Of a stretch of DNA of 64,000 bases, positions 27,488 to 33,452 are shown one piece after another. The position numbers and the translations under genes were made by a program. The stretch spans positions 106,321 to 170,320 of the IMG/VR virus record IMGVR_UViG_3300020156_000001. One strand, given 5' to 3'. The notes under the pieces are model-generated. The model did no database searches, was not told the DNA's origin, and worked only from the letters and a program-made list of their open reading frames with translations. Every line of letters begins with the position of its first letter. The first letter of the stretch is position 1. The DNA comes from a virus (lineage: Duplodnaviria; Heunggongvirae; Uroviricota; Caudoviricetes).

Positions 27488-27742
27488 TCAAATGATTTCA
27501 AGAACAATTGCTTGTTCTACAGGCGTTCCAGGAAACTTTTCCTGCAGTTCATCTTCCGGCCAAAAATTCGGTTCCACACTCGGTGGATGCTGCCCAACAA
27601 TCGAAGATGAGAATCCAACGATAGGAGCATCTATTGGTAAACTGATCGGCCGCGTAACAAGAACCAGTGGGTCGGGGTTTTCAACTGTTATCTGCGATTG
27701 CAGATAAGCAATTATTTGGGTTGCGCGAAGTGCTGTTTCCAT
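27488..27742 (-). CDS. Hypothetical protein
   Basis: 84 aa, promoter and GGAGATCG RBS. Confidence 0.7.
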   Translation of the reverse strand: METALRATQIIAYLQSQITVENPDPLVLVTRPISLPIDAPIVGFSSSIVGQHPPSVEPNFWPEDELQEKFPGTPVEQAIVLEII

Positions 27743-27794
27743 GTTCGATCTCCTTTATAGGAATAAACTAACATGGTCTCCAATTTTGTCAACT

Positions 27795-27872
27795 TGGTCG
27801 GAATGGTGGGATTTGAACCCACGACCCTTACCTTCCCGAGGTAATACGCTAACCAGGCTGCGCTACATTCCG
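27795..27872 (-). tRNA. tRNA-Pro(GGG), C33
   Basis: Loop TCGGGAA, ACCA. Confidence 0.87.
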
Positions 27873-27873
27873 T

Positions 27874-27950
27874 TGGTCAGGGTGAGTGGATTTGAACCAC
27901 CGCTGCCACCGTCCGAGGGTGACCGACTAACCAAGCTATCTTACACCCTG
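27874..27950 (-). tRNA. tRNA-Pro(CGG)
   Basis: Loop CTCGGAC, ACCA. Confidence 0.88.
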
Positions 27951-28214
27951 TTATACTGAATATGTTTCAGCAAAAATACTCTGCGAATCGCAGTAGGTTG
28001 CCATTTCTTCGGCCGAGTGGCAAAACGTTATAAGGTGTCCGCCTACCATCTGGGACGGCGAATCACCCCAAGCATCGGAGTTTGCATAGTATTCGGACTG
28101 AGCCAGCTCAACTGAAGCCTCATCGCTGTCAGATTTAAGAACCACGTTTGCAGTACGATGATTTCCTTCACACGAAATATACTGAACTTCGTACAAGTGG
28201 AAGAACTTAGCCAT
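27951..28214 (-). CDS. Hypothetical protein
   Basis: 87 aa with own promoter. Confidence 0.7.
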   Translation of the reverse strand: MAKFFHLYEVQYISCEGNHRTANVVLKSDSDEASVELAQSEYYANSDAWGDSPSQMVGGHLITFCHSAEEMATYCDSQSIFAETYSV

Positions 28215-28273
28215 GTTTGTCTCCTATGTTTGATTTGATCCTAACATAGGAACGATACAAGTCAACTAGGAAT

Positions 28274-28351
28274 TGGCGATTCGTACGGGATTTGAACCCG
28301 TGATCTCCGCCGTGACAGGGCGGCGTCCACTCCAGACTGGACCGACGAACC
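28274..28351 (-). tRNA. tRNA-Asp(GUC)
   Basis: Loop CTGTCAC, GCCA. Confidence 0.92.
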
Positions 28352-28361
28352 ATGTGTTTTG

Positions 28362-28433
28362 CTCTAGTGGAAGGATTCGAACCTACATCTAGCCCGTTAA
28401 CAGCGGGGTCTCTTACCAGTTGAGTACACTAGA
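28362..28433 (-). tRNA. tRNA-Asn(GUU), no CCA, inside 18-bp inverted repeat
   Basis: Loop CTGTTAA; ATGTGTTTTGCTCTAGTG/CACTAGAGCAAAACACAT. Confidence 0.8.
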
Positions 28434-28447
28434 GCAAAACACATCTT

Positions 28448-28524
28448 TGGAGCTCCTGAGAGGACTCGAACCTCCATACGCGCGGAGTAGAAATCCGCCG
28501 TTCTTCCGGTTGAACTACAGGAGC
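28448..28524 (-). tRNA. tRNA-Arg(UCU)
   Basis: Loop TTTCTAC, CCA. Confidence 0.9.
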
Positions 28525-28527
28525 ATT

Positions 28528-28577
28528 TGGAGAGAAGGGACACACTTGTGGTTTACATCCGACCTACAAGTGGTCCC
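28528..28577 (-). ncRNA. Hairpin RNA with CCA-ended tail
   Basis: GGGAC...ACTTGT/ACAAGT...GTCCC then TTCTCTCCA. Confidence 0.35.
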
Positions 28578-28604
28578 GGGGCATCCACGTTAAGGCGTGG
28601 AAGT

Positions 28605-28675
28605 TGGTCGCGGCACCGAGAATCGAACCCGGAGTATCAGCCTTATGAGAGCCGTACCATTCCAAATGTACCGCG
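28605..28675 (-). tRNA. tRNA-Met or Ile2 (CAU), reduced D arm
   Basis: Loop CTCATAA, 71 nt, ACCA. Confidence 0.7.
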
Positions 28676-28682
28676 TTGGGGT

Positions 28683-28770
28683 GGGAGCAAAGAGGCCAAT
28701 CGACGGACATCTACTCGGGCTTAGTCGAATCTTTACCGAGGTCAGCGAGTCCTTTTCCGCATTTGCTCCC
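28683..28770 (-). ncRNA. 88-nt stem-closed RNA
   Basis: GGGAGCAAA/TTTGCTCCC; inner GGAC/GTCC and CTCGG/CCGAG. Confidence 0.45.
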
Positions 28771-28810
28771 AAACGCGAATATAATGAACCCGCACGATGA
28801 TGTCAATAAT

Positions 28811-28885
28811 TGGTTGCGGACCTACGAATCGAACGTAGCTCTCAGGCGTATGAAACCCGAATGGTCACCTGACCACCTGACCGCC
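28811..28885 (-). tRNA. tRNA-Met(CAU), initiator-like 1:72 mismatch
   Basis: Loop TTCATAC; G1:A72; ACCA. Confidence 0.7.
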
Positions 28886-28890
28886 ATAGT

Positions 28891-28965
28891 TGGTGCGCAC
28901 GGAAGGAGTTGAACCTTCTACCACTCCCTTATCAGGGGAGGCCCTCACCGTTCGGACTCATGCGC
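28891..28965 (-). tRNA. tRNA-Ile(GAU)
   Basis: Loop CTGATAA, ACCA. Confidence 0.88.
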
Positions 28966-28969
28966 AAGT

Positions 28970-29164
28970 TTAAGCTTGTTCTGCAAAGCCTCGATTGATG
29001 TAATCATTGCCAGCAGCACCTGTTACCGTGTGTGTTTCGCCCTTTTTGAATGGACCAAGATCTTTGATGAATTTGACATCCATCTTTGGACTTGCATCAA
29101 CAAACGCTTTAAGTCGTTTGCGACGGTCTTGCCAATGCTTGTCACGTTGTGCTTGGGTTACCAT
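28970..29164 (-). CDS. Hypothetical protein
   Basis: 64 aa, GGAG RBS. Confidence 0.65.
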   Translation of the reverse strand: MVTQAQRDKHWQDRRKRLKAFVDASPKMDVKFIKDLGPFKKGETHTVTGAAGNDYINRGFAEQA

Positions 29165-29215
29165 AGTTGTCTCCTTTAGCAGGATCCTAGCATGGCATCC
29201 AAGCGTGTCAAGAAT

Positions 29216-29290
29216 TGGTCCCAGCGGTGGGAGTTAAACCCACTAAAACACGCTTATCGGGCGTGGTCCGCATCGTTTGGATTCGCTGGA
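29216..29290 (-). tRNA. Atypical tRNA-Ile(GAU), C33
   Basis: Loop CCGATAA; T loop TTTAACT; ACCA. Confidence 0.65.
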
Positions 29291-29300
29291 TTATAAGGAT

Positions 29301-29375
29301 TGGTGGACCCTAAGGGAATCGAACCCTTACCCACGCCGTGCAAAGGCGTTGTGCTCCCATTATCACTAAAGGCCC
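29301..29375 (-). tRNA. tRNA-Ala(UGC)
   Basis: Loop TTTGCAC, G3-U70, ACCA. Confidence 0.92.
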
Positions 29376-29381
29376 ATGGGA

Positions 29382-29774
29382 TTATTTCTTTACTCGCTTG
29401 CCTGCGCTATTGATCCAAGCTTCAGCTTTCTTCTGATCCAAAAACGCTTTCTTTGTTCCATCAGCGCGTTTGGCAACAAAACCAGGAACACGTTTGCCTT
29501 GGTAACGAACGTCTCTTGCAACAATGTCGCCTGAAACAGTTAAAAGAACTGTTTTTGGTTTGGTTGCAGCCGGTGCTGATTGAGTAGCAGGTGCAGCCTT
29601 TGGCGCAACTGGTTCATCCGAGCCGCATCTGTAACCACGAGGATTACGAAATCTTTCACCACAATTACCGCAATAAGCGGGATTGCAGTTTTCTGTGTCT
29701 TTACCCAAGTCTTCATCGCAGTTTGGGCAATACAAACTCACAGCTTCGAACAGATTCATTTCCGACAAACGCAT
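29382..29774 (-). CDS. Late/virion-like Zn-finger protein
   Basis: MRLSEMNLFEA; CPNC...CGNC; TATAAATA upstream. Confidence 0.7.
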   Translation of the reverse strand: MRLSEMNLFEAVSLYCPNCDEDLGKDTENCNPAYCGNCGERFRNPRGYRCGSDEPVAPKAAPATQSAPAATKPKTVLLTVSGDIVARDVRYQGKRVPGFVAKRADGTKKAFLDQKKAEAWINSAGKRVKK

Positions 29775-29879
29775 AGCAGTAACCTCTTGATTTTACTGCC
29801 GTATTTATAGAGCGTGAGGGTTATTTCGGTACACCCTCAAAACCGGCCGCCGTACACGGGCTGCACGATGGCAAAACTT

Positions 29880-29954
29880 TGGTACTCTCGACGAGAATCG
29901 AACTCGCTTCCTCAGGGTGAAAACCTAAGAGATTAACCAATATCCTACGAGAGT
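29880..29954 (-). tRNA. tRNA-Glu(UUC)
   Basis: Loop TTTTCAC, ACCA. Confidence 0.85.
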
Positions 29955-29979
29955 ATAAGCGGGGCCGAAGCCCACGCCG

Positions 29980-30195
29980 TTAGATGTCTTGATTGAAGTG
30001 GCGATCCTTGCGCTGCTTTTCGCGCAAATATTCCTCACTTACACCGCGGTCGCTTACGGACTCAACGCGCCAAAGGCCGCTGAATCCATCGTCCTTTACT
30101 TCGACCAGCTTGCCCACTTGGGCTCCACGCTGCTCAATGTAACCAGTAAAACGACCAGTTCCTTGAGACAGGGTGCATTGGAAATACATCGTCAT
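29980..30195 (-). CDS. Hypothetical protein
   Basis: 71 aa from RBS-supported ATG. Confidence 0.65.
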   Translation of the reverse strand: MTMYFQCTLSQGTGRFTGYIEQRGAQVGKLVEVKDDGFSGLWRVESVSDRGVSEEYLREKQRKDRHFNQDI

Positions 30196-30232
30196 GATTG
30201 ACTCCTGTCTGTTAGTGTTGATGTATTGGGGT

Positions 30233-30307
30233 TGGTCCCTGGACTTGGAATCGAACCAAGCTAACCGGCTCCACAAACCAGCGTAATGACCACTATACGA
30301 TCCAGGG
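30233..30307 (-). tRNA. tRNA-His(GUG), no G-1, A73
   Basis: Loop TTGTGGA; base -1 is T. Confidence 0.85.
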
Positions 30308-30312
30308 ATATT

Positions 30313-30594
30313 TTATCTTAGTAATTCCGGCTCATGCTTTTTAGCGTGGCGCTTGATGATATCAACGATTTCCTCATCATTGTAAGCGCGGCCGATAACT
30401 TCTTCTTCGTCGGCACCATCTTCAAAATGGACGACTTTAAACACGGCGTCAAAAGCGTAAACTTCTTCTTCAGACCAGAAGTGTTGGGGAAGTTGTTCAA
30501 CTTCATACCCAAATCCACCAGCTCTACGCAGGAAATCCTGTGCCGAAAGGTTGGATTTCTTTGGTTTAGCTTCTTTGATTTCGTTGTAACGCAT
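30313..30594 (-). CDS. Late/virion-like acidic protein
   Basis: MRYNEIKEA; TAAATA upstream. Confidence 0.65.
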   Translation of the reverse strand: MRYNEIKEAKPKKSNLSAQDFLRRAGGFGYEVEQLPQHFWSEEEVYAFDAVFKVVHFEDGADEEEVIGRAYNDEEIVDIIKRHAKKHEPELLR

Positions 30595-30650
30595 TGTGTT
30601 CTCCGTGTCCAATAGTTTACACGAATATTTACGTATCACAATGCTTGATT

Positions 30651-30726
30651 TGGTACCCCCAACGGGAATTGAACCCGTGTCTTCACCTTGAAAGGGTGCT
30701 ATACTGGACCACTATACTATGGGGAT
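30651..30726 (-). tRNA. tRNA-Glu(UUC)
   Basis: Loop CTTTCAA, ACCA. Confidence 0.88.
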
Positions 30727-30730
30727 GCTT

Positions 30731-30958
30731 TTAGACAAGCTCCCAGGAACCGTTGGGCTCAACTGTAAGAGTCATGTCAACCTCGTCCCACGCGACATCA
30801 ATTAGAACCTGCGTGGAAAAGGGGTAACCTTTTTCTTCGATGAGAACCTCGGCGGCCAGTGAGGCCAACTTGGTTTCATCAGGATTTACATTATATGTAA
30901 AGCCATTGTGTCGTTCCACAATGGCCTTAGCGTCGGCGTAACTTGCGCGAACCTTCAT
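30731..30958 (-). CDS. Hypothetical protein
   Basis: 75-aa ORF. Confidence 0.65.
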   Translation of the reverse strand: MKVRASYADAKAIVERHNGFTYNVNPDETKLASLAAEVLIEEKGYPFSTQVLIDVAWDEVDMTLTVEPNGSWELV

Positions 30959-30959
30959 C

Positions 30960-31169
30960 TTAGCTGCACCAGTAGGATTCGCTACGGGGAGAAGCGTGGA
31001 ACGGAGTATCTTCAGCTTCCATAAAAGTCTTGCCGGTCATTGCGTTGCGGCGTTCGACCATCTTGGGAAGACCCATCATGTCCTCGCGGGACACCTTTGG
31101 AAGCTTTACATCAACAACAGCAATACCACGCTTTGCTGCAACTGCCTTAAGAATATCCGACTTGCGCAT
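30960..31169 (-). CDS. Hypothetical protein
   Basis: 69 aa from MRKSD; ends TPFHASPRSESYWCS. Confidence 0.7.
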   Translation of the reverse strand: MRKSDILKAVAAKRGIAVVDVKLPKVSREDMMGLPKMVERRNAMTGKTFMEAEDTPFHASPRSESYWCS

Positions 31170-31256
31170 TTTGATCTCCGTGTGTTTGTGCTTCCGTATT
31201 ATTAGAATAGCACAGCACACGGAGATGTCAACCACATAGGAAGAGAAATCTTCCTA

Positions 31257-31658
31257 TTAATTGCCTGTTGTCGAAACCTTCAAGTCGATGTCTGGAATGA
31301 TCGCCTGGGGCTTGAACTTAACATCGTAATGGTAAGTGCTAACCTTGGACGGCTCCAGCTGTTCGATGAAATACGTGACGTTGTCCGACAGGCCCAAAAA
31401 ATGCTTCTTGAACTGATTGGGCCCAACCTTACAAGTGATCGATACCTGATTTGCAGTGTCGTTGTTGCCGCGGCTGCAAAGACCTTCGATCTTTAGCATG
31501 TAAGAATCAGTGATGCCGTTGTAGAAAACAACACGGCGATTGATTTCAAAGTTATCGGCAGCCGTTGACAAGTTGCGCGAAGCAACGTCTGCGTCCGAGC
31601 TACAGCTTGCGAGAAGCGCCAAACTTGCAATCATCGAGCCGAATAGAATCTTTTTCAT
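31257..31658 (-). CDS. Conserved phage lipoprotein
   Basis: LLASC lipobox; ASRNLSTAADNFEINRRVVFYNGIT. Confidence 0.8.
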   Translation of the reverse strand: MKKILFGSMIASLALLASCSSDADVASRNLSTAADNFEINRRVVFYNGITDSYMLKIEGLCSRGNNDTANQVSITCKVGPNQFKKHFLGLSDNVTYFIEQLEPSKVSTYHYDVKFKPQAIIPDIDLKVSTTGN

Positions 31659-31722
31659 GTTGATCTCCAGTTGAATTACTTGTTCCTAAACTAGGTTAGG
31701 AAAAGTGTCAACCTAAATCAAT

Positions 31723-31813
31723 TGGTGGGGAACGGGCTGAATCGAACACCTTGCCCTAAGGGACCTGGGTTACAACCAGGCTTAGCGACCACGCTAACTT
31801 ACTTGCGCTCCCC
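31723..31813 (-). tRNA. Atypical tRNA-Tyr(GUA): 8-bp acceptor, 6-bp D stem
   Basis: GGGGAGCG/CGTTCCCC; TTAGCG-TGGT-CGCTAA; loop TTGTAAC. Confidence 0.65.
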
Positions 31814-31834
31814 ATGAGCGACTTACGTCGTTGT

Positions 31835-31908
31835 TGGCATCTGCCGTAGGAATCGAACCCACGTCAACCGGGTTGGAGCCGGTTGCTCTACCATTGAGCT
31901 AGACAGAT
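31835..31908 (-). tRNA. tRNA-Trp(CCA)
   Basis: Loop CTCCAAC, GCCA. Confidence 0.9.
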
Positions 31909-31916
31909 ATGTAAGG

Positions 31917-31990
31917 CTTTCTGGACGACCCTGGATAGTCGTGTCTCCCACTTGCGCAAGCGGGTGTTTTTCCTGTTAAACTACCAGAAA
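31917..31990 (-). ncRNA. tRNA mimic with 8-nt anticodon loop and non-canonical T loop
   Basis: TTTCTGG/CCAGAAA; CCCGC-TTGCGCAA-GTGGG; ACGAC-TATCCAGG-GTCGT. Confidence 0.6.
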
Positions 31991-32001
31991 CTCTACGTGT
32001 T

Positions 32002-32077
32002 TGGTACTCCACCTCTGAATCGAACAGAGTCAATGTCGCCGTGTAAAGGCGATGCCGTCCCATCTGGCGCGTGGAGC
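32002..32077 (-). tRNA. tRNA-Val(UAC)
   Basis: Loop TTTACAC, ACCA. Confidence 0.85.
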
Positions 32078-32090
32078 ATATAGGTTGTTT

Positions 32091-32166
32091 TGGTGGAGAG
32101 TATGGGAATCAAACCCATCGGACAGTAATCCTGCCAGGATCACCCGAGTAACTCAGCTCACTCCCC
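32091..32166 (-). tRNA. tRNA-Ala(GGC)
   Basis: Loop CTGGCAG, G3-U70; T loop TTTGATT. Confidence 0.75.
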
Positions 32167-32182
32167 ATGAAACTGATTTGTT

Positions 32183-32256
32183 TGGTGGACACGCCCGGAA
32201 TCGAACCGGTGTCAGCAATCTTGCAAGGATTACCCGCTAACCCAGAGCCACGGCCC
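32183..32256 (-). tRNA. tRNA-Ala(UGC), bulged acceptor
   Basis: Loop CTTGCAA, G3-U70, ACCA. Confidence 0.72.
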
Positions 32257-32273
32257 ATAAAAGAAGTGCTTAG

Positions 32274-32355
32274 CTGACAGGGCGGGACTCGAACCCGCAG
32301 TTGCTATTCGCGTCGCATTAACAGTGCGGTGCCTTACCATTCGGCTCACCTGCCA
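32274..32355 (-). tRNA. tRNA-Asn(GUU) with long variable region, ends CTA
   Basis: Loop CTGTTAA; 14-nt variable region; flanks pair. Confidence 0.75.
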
Positions 32356-32377
32356 ACTAAACACTTCCTATAGTTGT

Positions 32378-32453
32378 TGGTTGGGAAAGAAGGGCTCGAA
32401 CCTTCAACCTTCGCATTCAGAGTGCGCTGCGCTACCAGTTGCGCCATTTCCCA
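32378..32453 (-). tRNA. tRNA-Gln(CUG)
   Basis: Loop CTCTGAA, U1-A72, ACCA. Confidence 0.88.
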
Positions 32454-32468
32454 ATATTCACGAAACTT

Positions 32469-32552
32469 TGGTGGGCGGCAGTAGAATCGAACTACTCCCT
32501 TAACGGCGCGGTTTTACAGACCACTTGCTGAAACCATCAGCTTTTGCCGCCC
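32469..32552 (-). tRNA. tRNA-Tyr(GUA)
   Basis: Loop CTGTAAA, variable arm, 5-bp D stem, ACCA. Confidence 0.82.
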
Positions 32553-32565
32553 ATGTTGTGCTTTG

Positions 32566-32649
32566 TTTGCGAGGTAGGACTCGAACCTACAAAACCTTCC
32601 CGGCCTTCGCATTCAAAGTGCGAGATGTTACCAATTCCACCACTCGCAA
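32566..32649 (-). tRNA. tRNA-Gln(UUG) with long variable arm, no CCA
   Basis: Loop CTTTGAA; variable AGGCCGGGAAGGTTTT; flanks pair. Confidence 0.75.
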
Positions 32650-32666
32650 ACAAAACACAACGATAT

Positions 32667-32741
32667 TGGATCCCCTTGATGGATTCGAACCACCGACCAA
32701 CCTGCTTTGCAGGGTGCTCTACCTGGCTGAGCTAAAGGGAC
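32667..32741 (-). ncRNA. tRNA mimic with 3-nt anticodon loop
   Basis: Canonical D and T arms and CCA, but CCTGC-AAA-GCAGG. Confidence 0.7.
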
Positions 32742-32748
32742 AGATAAT

Positions 32749-32824
32749 TGGTGCAGCCCGTCGGGATCGAACCGACATATCTGGGACTTCAATCCAGCGC
32801 ATGAACCATCACTGCCAGAGCTGC
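32749..32824 (-). tRNA. tRNA-Phe(GAA)
   Basis: Loop TTGAAGT, ACCA. Confidence 0.88.
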
Positions 32825-32849
32825 ATATGAGCCGAAGCTCGTTGTTTGT

Positions 32850-32927
32850 TGGTGCCCCAGGTCAGACTCGAACTGACATCCTTCGCATTCTAAGTGCGAC
32901 ACCTCTACCAAATTGGGCTACTGGGGC
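32850..32927 (-). tRNA. tRNA-Leu(UAG), short variable loop
   Basis: Loop CTTAGAA, ACCA. Confidence 0.87.
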
Positions 32928-32930
32928 AAG

Positions 32931-32999
32931 TGAGAGCAAGTGAGCGATCTGGGGTCGGTTTGATTTCAAGTCAAGATAACCCAAATCAGTCGGCTCTCA
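32931..32999 (-). ncRNA. Y-RNA-like hairpin, copy 1
   Basis: TGAGAGC-CGA...TTTGGGTTATC...CCCCAG...CTCACTT-GCTCTCA. Confidence 0.6.
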
Positions 33000-33004
33000 A
33001 AAGT

Positions 33005-33081
33005 TGGAGTGTCTGACAGGACTCGAACCTGCATACAATCACCTTCGTAGGGTGGCGTTCATCCAGTTGAACTACAGACAC
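33005..33081 (-). tRNA. tRNA-Arg(ACG)
   Basis: Loop CTACGAA, CCA. Confidence 0.88.
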
Positions 33082-33095
33082 ATAGATGTACTTAG

Positions 33096-33169
33096 TCAGG
33101 GTAGCTGGATTTGAACCAGCGTTGCCACTTTCCAAAAGTGACCGAATAACCAGGCTTTCTCATACCCTG
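33096..33169 (-). tRNA. tRNA-Pro(UGG), ends CTA, inside long inverted repeat
   Basis: Loop TTTGGAA; GATGTACTTAGTCAGGGTA/TACCCTGACTAAGTACATC. Confidence 0.82.
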
Positions 33170-33189
33170 ACTAAGTACATCAAATTGTT

Positions 33190-33268
33190 TGGAGCACCCG
33201 GTCAGACTCGAACTGACATCAATCCAATTACCTTTGACCACGTTCGTAGCGTGGGGGGTTACGGGTGC
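33190..33268 (-). ncRNA. Rearranged tRNA-like RNA (anticodon arm precedes D-like arm), ACG loop
   Basis: GCACCCG-TAACCCC-CCACG-CTACGAA-CGTGG-TCAA-AGGTAATTGGA-TTGA-T arm-CGGGTGC-T-CCA. Confidence 0.7.
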
Positions 33269-33304
33269 ATTTGTTGGGACTTACCGGCTAACCGTGCCCT
33301 TAAT

Positions 33305-33380
33305 TGGCGCCCCTGACGGGAATCGAACCCGCCTTTCTGCATAGACAGTGCAGAGTCTTCACCAGATGATCTACAGGAGC
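33305..33380 (-). tRNA. tRNA-Asp(GUC)
   Basis: Loop CTGTCTA, GCCA. Confidence 0.85.
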
Positions 33381-33384
33381 AAGT

Positions 33385-33446
33385 GTGGACAAGTGAGTTG
33401 CGCTGGGGAGCATCTAAAAAGGATAACCCAAAGCAGTTCGGTCCAC
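33385..33446 (-). ncRNA. Y-RNA-like hairpin, copy 2
   Basis: GTGGAC-CGAA...TTTGGGTTATC...CCCCAG...CTCACTT-GTCCAC. Confidence 0.6.
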
Positions 33447-33452
33447 GAGACT

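Noticed and set aside
33274-33302. Small spacer hairpins (also 29815-29860, 32828-32842)
   Set aside because: Too short to distinguish from chance or processing signals.
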